Below are positions 42,178 to 55,751 of a stretch of 64,000 bases of DNA, one piece after another (position 1 is the first letter of the stretch; every line of letters begins with the position of its first letter). A program made the translations under genes and the position numbers. Under the pieces are notes generated by a model that worked only from the letters and a program-made list of their open reading frames with translations, was not told the origin of the DNA and ran no database searches. The stretch lies in the NCBI GenBank assembly GCA_033723415.1, contig JAWVXD010000010.1, positions 11,797 through 75,796 on the forward strand, in the 5' to 3' direction. The DNA is from Sulfurospirillaceae bacterium (GTDB lineage: Bacteria > Campylobacterota > Campylobacteria > Campylobacterales > Sulfurospirillaceae).

Positions 42178-43416
42178 TTAGAGTTCATCAAATGATATAG
42201 AGATATTTACTTTTAGGCCTTTTAGGGCATCTTTTATCTCTTTTTTATCCAAAGCTTTTTTTACGTCCTTCGTTATCGAATTCTGTAATTCTTCTTTTAT
42301 CTCTTCAAGATCAACTTTTTCTGGCTCGATCGTAGGTTTTGTATCCATAAAACCTTCTTCAAAAACTCCTACCAAATCTTCCTCACTTAATTCATCAATC
42401 GAGCTCTTCTCAATACTCTCTTGCGGTTTTGTTTCTTCTTCTTGCATATCCAAATCTTCTTCTGCGCTGTTCTCTTCTAAATCTTCTTCCAAGCTTTCAA
42501 CCGCATCATCTTCATCTTCTACAAAAATTTCTTCTTTTATTTCAATTTCATCTTCTTCAATTTCATTTGATTCTTCTTCAAAATCTTCTGTCTCTTCTGT
42601 TTCTTCCGGTTCTTCTTCATCCTCTTGGATATTTTCTTGTGAACTTACAAACTCTTCTTCTGATTCATCAAAAGAAGAAATATCCTCTGTTTCGTCTGAT
42701 CTTTCGTCTTCTTCCAGCAACTCTTTTACTTGATTGACTTCATCGCTGTCTAATACGGATGGAGAGTTTTCTTCATCGTCTTGTGAAAATTCTGATATAG
42801 ATAGTGTTTCATCGTGCAATTCACTTCCTGAAAATTCTTGTTCTTCTTCATCATCATCATCTTCAAATTCACCAACGGGTATATCTTCATCATCTTCATC
42901 ATGTATAAAATCATCATCACCGTCTATCTTCAATATATTGCTATCAGAAGGAGCCAGTATATCTAGATCATCCAACTCTAAAGCTTGTCCGTCTTCTTGT
43001 GTCATGTCTTCCAGATCTAATTCACGAAGATAGTCATCATCGTCCAAACCAGCTTCTGGCATATCATCAACATCACTTGCCTTATCCATCTCACTTGATA
43101 TAGTTTTATCTATCTTTTTCAGTAGATCAACAAAATCTGTAGGCAAAAATGGTTTTTGTAAAAAATAATCGGCAAATTCAGGTTTTTCAGCTCCTTTTGA
43201 GCCTATATAAACGACCTTACCTAAATTTCCACTCTCTTTAAGCAGTAAAAATGAATTCTCTTCTACAGAGTCACTATCGGTAATAGTGATGTCAAATGAT
43301 TTTTCCAAATCTACACTATCACTGCTGATTTCTTCAATCTCGTAACCTAATTTTTCAGCACTCAAATTTATCAGCTTAGAGACTGCCGGATTATTATTTA
43401 TTAGAAGAAGGCGCAC
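42178..43416 (-). CDS. chePep: ChePep-like polar chemotaxis scaffold (receiver-like N-terminus, poly-acidic body)
   Basis: KPFLPTD receiver-like N-terminus, D/E-rich middle, conserved LKGLKVNISISF C-terminus; directly upstream of gmk as for HP0322/Cj1178c. Confidence 0.8.
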   Translation of the reverse strand: MRLLLINNNPAVSKLINLSAEKLGYEIEEISSDSVDLEKSFDITITDSDSVEENSFLLLKESGNLGKVVYIGSKGAEKPEFADYFLQKPFLPTDFVDLLKKIDKTISSEMDKASDVDDMPEAGLDDDDYLRELDLEDMTQEDGQALELDDLDILAPSDSNILKIDGDDDFIHDEDDEDIPVGEFEDDDDEEEQEFSGSELHDETLSISEFSQDDEENSPSVLDSDEVNQVKELLEEDERSDETEDISSFDESEEEFVSSQENIQEDEEEPEETEETEDFEEESNEIEEDEIEIKEEIFVEDEDDAVESLEEDLEENSAEEDLDMQEEETKPQESIEKSSIDELSEEDLVGVFEEGFMDTKPTIEPEKVDLEEIKEELQNSITKDVKKALDKKEIKDALKGLKVNISISFDEL

Positions 43417-43476
43417 GGTAACTCCTTTATATTTGTCGCTATTTTAGTATAATATAAATTATGATTGCATTAATAA

Positions 43477-45878
43477 CTACAAAAATTTTTGAAAATATAC
43501 TTCAATATCATCAACACTAAGAGCTTTACTGTGGTAATAACCTTGCACTATATCACATCCCAATATTTTCAAATGTTCTATCTGCTCAACAGTCTCAACA
43601 CCTTCTGCGACTGTCTTATATCCCAAAGTTTTTGCCAATGAAATTATAGTATTTACTATAGCGCTTGCGTCCTTGCTATGGGGCAGATCATCTACAAAAG
43701 ATTTATCTATTTTTAATTCATCTATAGGGAACATTCTCAAATAGGACAAAGATGAATAACCAGTGCCAAAATCATCAATTGAGATATCTACACCCATCTC
43801 TTTAATCTTATCAAATAATTTGATACTATGTTTTGGATCACTCATCAAAACTGTTTCGGTTATTTCAAGATCTAAATACTTTGCCTCCAAACAACATTCA
43901 TTTAAGATACCTTGCAGTAATGTAGCTAGATTTTCATTACTTAAATCTACTCCTGAGATATTTACAGATAATTTTCCTTTATATATCCCCATATCATGCC
44001 ACTTTTTGACTTGAGAACATGCAGTCCTTAAAACCCAAATATCTATAGCTGAAATAAGTTGTGTTTTTTCTGCAATAGCTATAAAACTCTCAGGATGTAC
44101 AAATCCCAATTCTTTATTATTCCATCTTATAAGAGCTTCTATACCGACTATTTGATTTTCGCTCAACGATATTTGAGGCTGATAATAAAGTTCAAATTCA
44201 CCTTTTTTCAAGGCTTCTCTCAATAAATTTTCTATATAAAGCTCTTTTTGTATCTTTATCCCTAACTCTTTTGAATAAAAAGCATATCTATCCCTACCGC
44301 TCTTTTTTGCTTTGTACATGGCAGCATCGGCTGATCTTATAAGTCTTTCGGCGTTAACCGCATCTTCAGGATATATGGCGATACCGATAGAACAACTTAG
44401 ATAGTATGAGTGTGCCTCTGTCCGAAAAGGCACAGTGAAAATTTTCTTGATTTTTTCTACAACGTTGATAACATCTTCATTGTGTTTTATATGTTCTACA
44501 ATGACGACAAATTCATCGCCGCCAAATCTAAAGATCATATCATCCAAACGCAAAGATTTTTTTAAATACTCTGCCATTTTGATAAGAACCCTATCTCCTT
44601 CTTGATGACCGAAATTGTCATTGATATCTTTAAAATTATCTAGATCCAAAAATAATACTGCCATCTGATCATGAGCTCTTTGTGACCCGCTAATGGAGTG
44701 TTCCAACATACTCATAAGCATTACTCTGTTTGGAAGAGCCGTCAAAGCGTCATATGTTGCCATATGCTCTATCTGTTTTTGAGTTTTTTTAAGTTTAGTG
44801 ATATCTTGTGCAAAGTTATCACTTCCTGCATATTGACCATGTTTATCAAATCTTGGAGAAAAATTGCAGTCAAAATACATAATAGTGCCATTTTTGTGCA
44901 GAAGTGAAAATTCAATATTTTTTACAGGTTGAGGGTTTTTTATATATTGTTCTCTGAAATATTGTATGTCATTTGTAGTAACCCACAAAGAAGATACATT
45001 TTCCCTAGTATCTCATCCATTTCATAACCTGCGACATCCTTGACAGAAGGGGATACTTTTATGATATTACCGTCTTTATCCGTTTGTAAAAAAATATTTT
45101 GCATATTGTCAATGATAGATTTCCAGTCTTCTTTTGATTTTCTAAGTTTTTTCAGAGCTTTTTCCGTAGCAGTTTGATCATCAACGGAAGCAACTATGAA
45201 TATTACATTTTCATCTTCATCTTTTATTGCCTGAAAAGACACCTCTAGATACATTCGTTTTTTTGCTAGAATTGAAACATATAAGCCTTTGAAGTGTGAT
45301 TTCCCTCCTTTTAGACTTTTGTCTATAGCTTGTTTTAGTTCTTCATTGCTAGTCTCTCTCAATAGATCAAAACCAATAAACTGCTCTTTGGTTACGCCAA
45401 AGATGTTTAATGCTGCTTTATTTGCTTCGATTATAACACCTTTTGAATCATGATATATAATCCCGCTGGGAGAATTTTCAAAAATAGCTTTATATGTTTT
45501 TTCATTGTGAGAAAGTCTTTTTTTCAATTCATATTCTCTTGTTATATCTCTTGAAATACCTTCAATACCGATTATATTTCCTGCTTTATCTTTGACAAAG
45601 TGAGCATTTGTGGACATGAAAACATGACTTCCGTCTTTATGTTTTAGTAAATCTTCTATCGTGAAATTTGAAATACTTGTATCTAATTCTTTGTAATTTT
45701 GCGCTCTATTTTGAGGATTCACATACAACTCATGCAAATGCAAACCTATAAGCTCTTCTTTATCATACCCTAAAACCCTTTTTACAGAGGAAGAAACATA
45801 TAAAATTCTTCCGCTATTATCTACTTTATAATATATATCATCTACCAGAACAAAATCAAAAGTTCTTTTTTCAAGCAT
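43477..45878 (-). pseudogene. PAS-PAS-PAS-GGDEF-EAL protein split by a 1-nt frameshift near 45000 (real lesion or sequence error)
   Basis: ORF 44940..45878 ends mid-PAS at EILGK; one extra A in GGGAAAATG restores EILGKNVSSLWVTTND into 43477..44988 with GGDEF, EAL and DDFGTGYSS. Confidence 0.85.
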
Positions 45879-45933
45879 ACATCAACCCTTTTTTTAGTTG
45901 TGTTATAGTATATGAATCTTCTTTAAATAATAG

Positions 45934-46704
45934 TTAATGCAGAAGTAAGAAAAGGTGTTGCAGCGCATCTAAGAACTCTCTTTTAAATATAATCATCATC
46001 GGAGTAAGTACTGCTATCAACACAATAAAAGAGACCATTATCTTTATAGGGAATCCTACAACAAGAAGGTTAAATTGAGGCATCGTCTTCATAAGCATAC
46101 CAAAGACCAAATCTGAAAGCAAAGAAAGTGCAACTATAGGGAAAGAAAGTATGAAGCCGTATATAAACATATCAGTTACCGACTTTAGAAGGTATTCCCA
46201 AATACTGCCGCCGGGATAGAACTCTCCTAAAGGAAGGATATGTAGAGATTTGGCAAGAAATATGATCATTAGATGATGAGCATTAAAAGTCAGTAGAACC
46301 ATAAGTCCTATTAGAGTCAATATTTGGGATATTATAGGAGTAGATATGTTTGATTGAGGGTCAATAACGCTTGCCATTGTAAAACCCATAACAAACGATA
46401 TCTGCATCCCTGCCATCTGTAACATTGTAAATATAAGATTGAGTATTAATCCTGCTATCAAACCCAAAAAAAGCTCACTGACAACAGCCATAAAAATTGT
46501 ATATACATTTAACTCTATATTAGGCATAGTTGCAAGCGGATATAAAAATATAACCATAAAAACAGCAAAAGCAGTTTTTACGGAAACAGGTATGGTCATG
46601 TGGGAAAAAAACGGGAAAAATGCAAAAAGTCCGGAAATCCTGGCAAAAAGAAGCAAAAATAAAATAACGTGATTTTGCCCTAAAAATTGCACTAAAGTTT
46701 GCAT
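45934..46704 (-). CDS. fliR: flagellar export protein FliR
   Basis: R..G.F.F.PFF, AG.QIS..MGF....DP, KTMPQFNLLVVGFPIK. Confidence 0.95.
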   Translation of the reverse strand: MQTLVQFLGQNHVILFLLLFARISGLFAFFPFFSHMTIPVSVKTAFAVFMVIFLYPLATMPNIELNVYTIFMAVVSELFLGLIAGLILNLIFTMLQMAGMQISFVMGFTMASVIDPQSNISTPIISQILTLIGLMVLLTFNAHHLMIIFLAKSLHILPLGEFYPGGSIWEYLLKSVTDMFIYGFILSFPIVALSLLSDLVFGMLMKTMPQFNLLVVGFPIKIMVSFIVLIAVLTPMMIIFKREFLDALQHLFLLLH

Positions 46705-46711
46705 ATTATCT

Positions 46712-47347
46712 TCAGTTCAAGCCCTCTTGGCTCAAATGTTTATGAAATTTACACTTTCTTGCAAGTTCTTCATCATGTGTCACCATAAGCAGTACTCCAT
46801 CGACTTCTTTTATGTATTCAAACAAAATATCCATAACTTCATGAGCTGTTTTATTATCTAGATTTCCTGTAGGCTCATCTGCAAAGATAATACGTGGTTT
46901 CTTCGATAGAACTCTCGCTATAGAAACTCTTTGCTGCTGTCCTCCTGAAAGCTCTCCGACTTTTTGCATCATGACCTTTGTTATCTTAAAGCGATCAAGC
47001 AGATCCTCATCGATACTTGAGTTTGCAAGCATAGTTGACAGCTCTATATTCTCATATGCATTGAAACCTTTAAACAGATAATGAGCTTGAAATATTATAC
47101 CTAATTTTTCTCTTCTTAAGCTCACCAATTCCTTATCCGGAAGTGAATACAAATCTTTGTCAAAAAGTTTAATAATACCTGTATTTGGCTTTAAAAGTGT
47201 AGAGCAGATATTTAGAAGAGTAGATTTTCCACTGCCGCTTACGCCTGTTATAGACATAGATTCCGAGGGAAAAAGTGAAAAGTTTATATTTTCAAAAAGG
47301 GGATAGTCAAAAGAGTGAGAAACATTCTTAACCTCCAAAAGGCTCAT
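46712..47347 (-). CDS. ABC transporter ATP-binding protein (LolD-like)
   Basis: GVSGSGKST, LSGGQQQRV, FADEPTGNLD, VTHD. Confidence 0.92.
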   Translation of the reverse strand: MSLLEVKNVSHSFDYPLFENINFSLFPSESMSITGVSGSGKSTLLNICSTLLKPNTGIIKLFDKDLYSLPDKELVSLRREKLGIIFQAHYLFKGFNAYENIELSTMLANSSIDEDLLDRFKITKVMMQKVGELSGGQQQRVSIARVLSKKPRIIFADEPTGNLDNKTAHEVMDILFEYIKEVDGVLLMVTHDEELARKCKFHKHLSQEGLN

Positions 47348-47370
47348 GTGCATTTCCTTTTAGGAATAAG

Positions 47371-47394
47371 AAGCGGAAGTTTAAACTTCCGCTT
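47371..47394 (-). terminator. terminator after tsf
   Basis: aagcggaagtt/aacttccgctt IR. Confidence 0.75.
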
Positions 47395-47408
47395 TTACTT
47401 TTAGTAGA

Positions 47409-48476
47409 TTATTTTAGTTGTTCTGCAACTTCACTTGCGAAATCACAACCTTTTTTATCTAGACCTTCGCCTAGTTCAAATCTTACGTATTCAACAAGTT
47501 CGATCTTGCCGCCTAGTTCTTGAGCTTTATCTTCAATAACTTCTGCAACAGTCTTTTTATCATCCATTACATAAAACTGGCTCAACAATGTAAATTGTTG
47601 GTCAAGCAAAGTATTGTCTGCTATAAATCTAGAAATCTGTCCAGGAATGATCTTATCCCAAATTTGCTCAGGTTTCTTTTGTTCTCTTAACGTATCTTCG
47701 ATATCTTTTTTCGCTTGTTCCATCACAGCGTCAGTAAGCTGTAATTGACTTCCATATTGTGGAACTTTTTTCAAAGGTTTTTTCAGTCTGTGTAATTCTT
47801 CATTTTCTTTTACGATATCTGCAATTAACGCTACTGTTTCTTTTTCTATGAACTCAGGATCAAGTTCAGTATAACTTAGATACATAGGTTTCATAGCAGC
47901 AGCATGCATACAAAGTTGTCTTATAAACTCTGCGCTTTTTGCAGCTGTTTCTTCGCTGTCACATTTTGCAGCGATCAACACGCCTACTCTGCCGTTTGAA
48001 TGTGCATAACCGTTTACGACACCGTTTTCACCGGCTTTCAATGTTGCAAATCTTCTAAGTACAAGATTTTCACCGATCGTTGCGATTTGTGAATTCAAAA
48101 ACTCTTCAAATTTAACACCGTCAACTGTTGTTGACATAAGCTCTTCAGTCGTTCTAACATTAGAGTTCATAATGTGTTGCGTTGCGCTTTGTGTAAAGTT
48201 AATAAATTTTTCATTTTTTGCGACAAAATCAGTTTCTGAGTTGACTTCGCTTATAGTAGCTTCTTTGAAATTTGGATTAACTTCAACGCTTACCAAACCT
48301 TCACTCGCCAATCTATCGGATTTCTTTGCCGCTTTTCCAAGACCTTTTTCTCTTAAAACGTCAATAGCTTTGTCAATATCTCCATCTGTTTCGCCTAATG
48401 CTTTTTTACAATCCATCATACCGGCACCGGTCATTTCTCTGAGTTGTTTTACTAATTGTGCAGTTATTTCAGCCAT
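47409..48476 (-). CDS. tsf: elongation factor Ts
   Basis: LRE.TGAGMMDCKKAL, NSETDFVA, IGENL..RRF. Confidence 0.98.
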   Translation of the reverse strand: MAEITAQLVKQLREMTGAGMMDCKKALGETDGDIDKAIDVLREKGLGKAAKKSDRLASEGLVSVEVNPNFKEATISEVNSETDFVAKNEKFINFTQSATQHIMNSNVRTTEELMSTTVDGVKFEEFLNSQIATIGENLVLRRFATLKAGENGVVNGYAHSNGRVGVLIAAKCDSEETAAKSAEFIRQLCMHAAAMKPMYLSYTELDPEFIEKETVALIADIVKENEELHRLKKPLKKVPQYGSQLQLTDAVMEQAKKDIEDTLREQKKPEQIWDKIIPGQISRFIADNTLLDQQFTLLSQFYVMDDKKTVAEVIEDKAQELGGKIELVEYVRFELGEGLDKKGCDFASEVAEQLK

Positions 48477-49306
48477 TATTTCTCCTCTACTTCCTCGCTG
48501 TCTTTCTCAGCAAGTTTTAAATCACCTGTGATCTCTTCAGCATCTTCTTCACTTAATGCTTCTTCTACTATCTCATTCTTTTCTTCATCACTTACTACGA
48601 TCTCTTCTTCGCTAGCAGCATCTTGATTTCTTATCTCTCTTCCTTCGATCATAGCTTCCGCCATCTCTTTACAGAAAAGTCTAACAGATCTTATCGCATC
48701 GTCGTTTCCCGGAATTGGATAATCAACCAAGTCAGGATCACAGTTTGTGTCCAATGGAGCAACCACTTTGATACCTAGTCTTCTAGCTTCTTGAACAGCT
48801 ATTTTTTCTTTTACAGTGTCTATAACAAAGATCATATCAGGGATGTTTTTCATTTCTCTGATTCCGCCAAGATAATCTAAAAGTTTCGCTTTTTTTCTCT
48901 TAAGCATTAACGCTTCTTTTTTTGTAAGAAGGTCGATTTGTCCGTCTTCTTCCATCTTCTCGATGATATCAAGTTTTCTGATTGATTGTTTAATTGTTTG
49001 ATAATTTGTCAGCATACCGCCTAACCATCTGTGGTTAACGTAAGGCATACCACATTTTTCAGCGTACTCTTTAACTGCTTGGCTTGCTTGTTTTTTAGTT
49101 CCGACAAATAACATTGTCTGTCCCTCAGCAGCTGCATCTTTAACTACATTATACGTGTATCTGAAAAAACGAAGTGTTTTTTGTAGATCTATAATATAGA
49201 TATTCTTTCTTTCACCAAAAATGTATTTTTTCATTTTTGGATTCCATCTTCTAGTCTGGTGTCCGAAGTGTACACCGCATTCCAACAAGTCTTTCATGGC
49301 TACCAT
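48476..49306 (-). CDS. rpsB: 30S ribosomal protein S2
   Basis: [39 protein letters not shown] before ATG at 49306. Confidence 0.98.
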   Translation of the reverse strand: MVAMKDLLECGVHFGHQTRRWNPKMKKYIFGERKNIYIIDLQKTLRFFRYTYNVVKDAAAEGQTMLFVGTKKQASQAVKEYAEKCGMPYVNHRWLGGMLTNYQTIKQSIRKLDIIEKMEEDGQIDLLTKKEALMLKRKKAKLLDYLGGIREMKNIPDMIFVIDTVKEKIAVQEARRLGIKVVAPLDTNCDPDLVDYPIPGNDDAIRSVRLFCKEMAEAMIEGREIRNQDAASEEEIVVSDEEKNEIVEEALSEEDAEEITGDLKLAEKDSEEVEEK

Positions 49307-49329
49307 GAAGCTCTCCTTATGTGTTAATT

Positions 49330-49392
49330 TTGGTTTAGCCTCCATGCCCATCAACAGCTTACGCTGCAACCTAAAAGGATTGGCATGTGAGA
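49330..49392 (-). ncRNA. t44 / rpsB leader RNA (S2 autoregulation)
   Basis: CACAUGCC...GGUUGCAGC-GUAA-GCUG...GGCAUGGAGGCUAAACC in the rpsB 5' UTR, downstream of TATAAT at 49404-49409. Confidence 0.8.
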
Positions 49393-49537
49393 AATAGAGG
49401 AGGATTATACTAAAATTTATATTAAATATTGCTTCAATATTCTTTAGTAAAATGAACTTAAATAATTTTAAGTAATTTATCAATTGTATTTCGATAAAGT
49501 ATCTAATCATTTTATAGTAGGGTAGGCAAACATCGGT

Positions 49538-51343
49538 ATGTTGAAAAATGCTAAATTATTTTTGAATTTTTTTATGATCATAACAATCATTTGTTTGTTT
49601 ATTTCTATAGAAAAAGACGAAAAAACTGTATCTGTCATATTTGCTTTTTTACTGTTTGGTTTGGTTTTATATAGTTTGATAAGGGCAATTTCATTCAAAC
49701 CTCTCCAAAAAACAGAATATAGTAACTCGGATAAAGCATATCTTAATGCATTTGAAAATAGCGCTTCTATAGCCAAGATAGGACTTGATCTACAGATAAA
49801 ATATGTTAACAGATCATTTTGCCAATTGACTCTCAGCACAAAAGAAGAGTGTCTAAACAAAGGTTTAGACAGCTTTTTACAAGATCAACAAGATGTATAT
49901 ACGGAAATCTGTGAAACATTGAAACAGAACCAATCTTGGGACGGCATATTGATGCTTACGGTAAAGCACAATAATCAAGCACATGTAAAATGTACTATTG
50001 AGCCTATAAAGGACAACAACGGCGCACTGATCGAATTTTTATTGATAGCTCATGACCTCACTGAACTTGCTATTAGTAAAAAGATTATACAAGACAAAAT
50101 GTATATAGACAGCCAAACAAAATTGCCAAATAGACTTCAATTAATAAAAGAGAAAATAAAACTTTTAAACAAACACAGTATGACGCTTATCCTAATAAAT
50201 ATTGACTCTTTTCAAGCTATTAACAGTATATACGGAAATCAAATAGGTGATGAAGTCCTTATCGCAACAGCAAATTGGCTCAAAGCAAATCTACCTTGTA
50301 CTGAGGCAAAGCTTTTTAAATTAGAAGCTGATGTTTTTGCTATATTTATCCCTGCTCCTTATGAAGAAGAGGAACTTAAAACTTATCTTAACGAAATGTC
50401 CAAAAAAATATCGAAAGAAGGTTTACTCTGCTCAGGTATAGGTATAAATATTACATTTACTATAGGTGCTGCTCAAGGTGAGGCAGATCTTCTAAAACTT
50501 GCCTCAATAGCTTATAAAGTAGCAAAAAAAGATCAAAAATCATTTTGGATATATGACATTAAAAGCAATAAAGAAGAAGAGTACATACAAAGCATCAAAA
50601 CTATACATCTTCTAAAAAAAGCTTTAAAAGAAGATCAGATCATTCCATATTTTCAGCCTATCTTAAATCTCAAGAACAATCATATAGATAAATATGAAAC
50701 TCTTATGCGTATCAAAAAAGATGATGGCTCCGTTCACACTCCAAATGAATTTTTAAATATCGCAAAACACTCAAAACTATATCCTGCAATCTCCAGAGAC
50801 ATTATAGGCAAAGCTTTTGATACCTTTAGGTTTTCATCAAATCAATTTTCTATAAACCTATCCTTTTTAGACATATCAAATCAACACACTTTGGATTTTA
50901 TTTTTGAGAAGATGAGTGAATACACGATAGGTTCTTGGGTTATCTTCGAAATTGTTGAAAGTGAAGGGATCAATAACTATCACACCATATTGCAATTTAT
51001 CGAAAAAGCAAAATCTTACGGCGCAAAGATAGCGATAGACGATTTTGGAAGTGGATATTCAAATTTTGAAAGATTGGTCAAACTTCAACCTGATTTTATA
51101 AAAATTGACGGCGGACTCATAAAAAATATAGATAAAAATGATGATATGAAAATAATAACGCAAACCATTGTAAACTTCTCAAATAAATTAGGTGCTAAAA
51201 CAATAGCAGAATATGTACACTCTCAAGAGATTTTTGATATAATAAAGAAAATGGGAGTTGATTATGCTCAAGGATTCCATATTGGTAAGCCCTCTCCAAT
51301 TTTAGACAATAACAACAACTTTATTAAAAATTTAATTTTATAA
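49538..51343 (+). CDS. c-di-GMP phosphodiesterase (TM-PAS-degenerate GGDEF-EAL)
   Basis: GGDEF replaced by [37 protein letters not shown]. Confidence 0.9.
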   Translation: MLKNAKLFLNFFMIITIICLFISIEKDEKTVSVIFAFLLFGLVLYSLIRAISFKPLQKTEYSNSDKAYLNAFENSASIAKIGLDLQIKYVNRSFCQLTLSTKEECLNKGLDSFLQDQQDVYTEICETLKQNQSWDGILMLTVKHNNQAHVKCTIEPIKDNNGALIEFLLIAHDLTELAISKKIIQDKMYIDSQTKLPNRLQLIKEKIKLLNKHSMTLILINIDSFQAINSIYGNQIGDEVLIATANWLKANLPCTEAKLFKLEADVFAIFIPAPYEEEELKTYLNEMSKKISKEGLLCSGIGINITFTIGAAQGEADLLKLASIAYKVAKKDQKSFWIYDIKSNKEEEYIQSIKTIHLLKKALKEDQIIPYFQPILNLKNNHIDKYETLMRIKKDDGSVHTPNEFLNIAKHSKLYPAISRDIIGKAFDTFRFSSNQFSINLSFLDISNQHTLDFIFEKMSEYTIGSWVIFEIVESEGINNYHTILQFIEKAKSYGAKIAIDDFGSGYSNFERLVKLQPDFIKIDGGLIKNIDKNDDMKIITQTIVNFSNKLGAKTIAEYVHSQEIFDIIKKMGVDYAQGFHIGKPSPILDNNNNFIKNLIL

Positions 51344-51360
51344 ATATTCGAGGAACACTG

Positions 51361-52410
51361 TTGAACAACTACATAAATATGGGATTGAATATATTTGAAT
51401 ATGCAGGAAGTATTCAAAAAAAACAAAATCTATTGCTTATAAATTCCATCTCAACTTTTATCAAATCTAAACATAAAGATGAACAAATAAAACATATATT
51501 AGTTTCATTAAAGGTAGCAGATTGCAAAGATAATTATGAAAACCTAGCACTATTGGTTAAGAATTTAAACACTTTTTCAAAAGAAAATGATATCAAAATC
51601 GCTTTGATTGACTATGATATACAAACATATGAAATTCTAAAAACTTTGTGCAAGAACACAATAATCAAGTTATTTCGTACTTTTGATGTAGCCAGATTAT
51701 TTTGTAGACCGGATTCATACAAAAAGAATTCTCTTGTATTGATATGCGACAATGATGAAGACAATGCCAAAAAGTTGTCTCTTCATCTATCTTTTTATGA
51801 TAATTTTGTCATAACGGTCAACAATTCAGTAGATGCCGAAAACCTTCCTGATAAAAAAAAGTATCAGATCATAGTGACAAGATCATCACTAAATATGGAT
51901 ATAGAAAAAAAGGAAAACGGCAATCTTTTACATCTGTCAAAGACACTAATCGCATCACTTCCTCTTTTTATGGAATCAGCTGTAGATTCTTTGGAAACAC
52001 TGACTGCCCTCAATGCAAAGAAAATATCTCACAGGGTTGGTTTTTTAGATAAAGACCTACCTGATGGCAATCACGTATTTTCTATCATGAAATTTAGAGG
52101 AGATCTTGTAGGATCATTTGTACTGATCTTTCCAAAAGAAAATGCATTTATGGCTATAGAAGCATTTTTGCAAGAAAAACTTAGTCAAAATGATATAGAA
52201 GCTTTAAAAGACGGTATCGGCGAACTTTGTAATATAATCACAGGTAGCACAAAGATCGTGTTGTCAAAACAAAATCAGAATATTTTATTTGAGATTCCAT
52301 TGACTTTTACAACACTAAAGCAAACATTAAATGAAATCGGCAATAGCAACGGTATCATTATCAATATGCAATTAGGAGAGAAACCTTTCTATATGTTCAT
52401 AACAAAATAA
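51361..52410 (+). CDS. CheX-domain chemotaxis phosphatase with N-terminal extension
   Basis: F.GD..G...L.FP and D.IGELCNIITG CheX motif; receiver-like middle. Confidence 0.8.
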   Translation: MNNYINMGLNIFEYAGSIQKKQNLLLINSISTFIKSKHKDEQIKHILVSLKVADCKDNYENLALLVKNLNTFSKENDIKIALIDYDIQTYEILKTLCKNTIIKLFRTFDVARLFCRPDSYKKNSLVLICDNDEDNAKKLSLHLSFYDNFVITVNNSVDAENLPDKKKYQIIVTRSSLNMDIEKKENGNLLHLSKTLIASLPLFMESAVDSLETLTALNAKKISHRVGFLDKDLPDGNHVFSIMKFRGDLVGSFVLIFPKENAFMAIEAFLQEKLSQNDIEALKDGIGELCNIITGSTKIVLSKQNQNILFEIPLTFTTLKQTLNEIGNSNGIIINMQLGEKPFYMFITK

Positions 52411-52433
52411 AAATCCTTGTTTAAGGATTTTTT
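52409..52433 (+). terminator. intrinsic terminator after cheX-like gene
   Basis: aaaaatcctt/aaggattttt hairpin with T-run. Confidence 0.7.
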
Positions 52434-52476
52434 GTCTTCATTCCTGATACAATCATATTCTTATTATTGTTACAAA

Positions 52477-54488
<2,012 letters not shown>

Positions 54489-54515
54489 ATCGTCATCAGC
54501 AAGTGGAAGATTCTT

Positions 54516-54776
54516 TCACTTGCTGAGCTGCGTATTTTTTTCTACATTTAGAAGAAAATCAAACACTTCACAAAGAGCATTCATATGCTCTTGTGACGAC
54601 TCTTGAACATTTTCCAAATCAAGCAAACGTAATGCCAAAGCTTCATTTTTAAATAAAGCAATATGGAATTTAGTAGCATTTTGAATGATCTTCAAAGTTT
54701 GTTCATCCTTTGCTAAAGGAGAATGAAGCTCTTTGTCCCGAAGATAATGTTTGATTATATTTTTTTTATCTATCAT
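54516..54776 (-). CDS. hypothetical protein
   Basis: 86-aa ORF overlapping the end of the cupin gene, last of the minus-strand operon. Confidence 0.6.
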   Translation of the reverse strand: MIDKKNIIKHYLRDKELHSPLAKDEQTLKIIQNATKFHIALFKNEALALRLLDLENVQESSQEHMNALCEVFDFLLNVEKNTQLSK

Positions 54777-55092
54777 TTCTTTTCATATGTACACAAAACC
54801 AGATAGTTCCTTTTTCAGTTTTCAAAACCTTATGTACTTTTCCTTTTTCTATTAGCAAAAAGTCGCCTTTTTTCAGCTCTAGTTCTATATCATCGATCTC
54901 TAATACTGCACTTCCGTCCATCAACATAACCCACTCGTCATGATCTTGTTTATATATTTTGTCTTCTTGTTTATCTGAACTGATTATTCTCTCTATAGAT
55001 ATATCATTGTTCGCATAAATAGTTTCAAAGATTTCACCTGTATTTGGAACTTGTGCTATATCGAAAAAATTCACAATGATATAACTCCGCAA
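54766..55092 (-). CDS. cupin domain protein
   Basis: IERIIS, Q..DEWV....G.A.L, GDFLLI...VH.V, TIWFCVH. Confidence 0.85.
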   Translation of the reverse strand: MRSYIIVNFFDIAQVPNTGEIFETIYANNDISIERIISSDKQEDKIYKQDHDEWVMLMDGSAVLEIDDIELELKKGDFLLIEKGKVHKVLKTEKGTIWFCVHMKRNDR

Positions 55093-55751
55093 AACCTGCC
55101 GGTAGTTCCATCTCTTCTATATGAAAAATAACTGTCGTTACAGCAGGTACAAGTAGATGATATCTCAATATTTTCTTTTATTACACCAAAATCAAGCATA
55201 TCGTCAATGCACTTTCTATTGATATCTAAAAATATTTTTTCATCTTTGATACTCATATATCCTTCATAACCTTTTATAGCATCTTCTCTGACTTCATAAC
55301 AACAAGATCTTATGCTAGGACCCATATAAACTTGTATATCAGAAATATCACAGAAAAATTCATCTATCATAGTTTGCATAGTTTTATTTGCAATCTTCAA
55401 CAGTACGCCGCTTCTGCCTGCATGCGCAACTCCTATGACATTTTTAATTTTATCACAAAACAAGATAGGTATACAATCTGCAACCATAACGCAAAGTGCT
55501 ACATCATTTAGATTTGTCACCATGGCATCACTTTGCAAAGCTATTTTTTGTTTCTTGTCTTTTATTATTTCCACATAATCTTTGTGAACCTGATCCATAA
55601 AAATCAGATTTTCAGTACCGATCTTTTCTGACAAGATAGCTCTGTTTTGAACAACAAAAGAAGGCTCGTCTCCTACATGCAAAGCTAGATTAAAACTATC
55701 ATATGCACCTTGGCTAACTCCTTCAAATTTATCTGTAAAAAAGTACTTCAT
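55071..55751 (-). CDS. pgeF: PgeF/YfiH laccase-domain protein
   Basis: NLALHVGD, QVH, ADCIPIL, HAGR, GPSI..CCYEV, FSYRR..TGR. Confidence 0.92.
   Translation of the reverse strand: MKYFFTDKFEGVSQGAYDSFNLALHVGDEPSFVVQNRAILSEKIGTENLIFMDQVHKDYVEIIKDKKQKIALQSDAMVTNLNDVALCVMVADCIPILFCDKIKNVIGVAHAGRSGVLLKIANKTMQTMIDEFFCDISDIQVYMGPSIRSCCYEVREDAIKGYEGYMSIKDEKIFLDINRKCIDDMLDFGVIKENIEISSTCTCCNDSYFSYRRDGTTGRFCGVISL

Noticed and set aside
42300..43100. tct/tca-rich low-complexity repeats and plus-strand Ser/Leu-rich ORFs
   Set aside because: Explained by the Asp/Glu-rich coding sequence of ChePep; not a CRISPR or VNTR.
44990..45010. Programmed -1 frameshift at GGGAAAA
   Set aside because: The heptamer is not in X_XXY_YYZ register with the upstream frame (codons read GGG AAA ATG), and I saw no clear stimulatory structure; a simple indel is more likely.
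49307..49510. 68-aa N-terminal extension of RpsB (similar extensions on fldA, sodB, prlC, tatA and the MCP)
   Set aside because: Longest-ORF artefacts; internal ATGs have good RBSs and the extensions cover promoter or leader elements.
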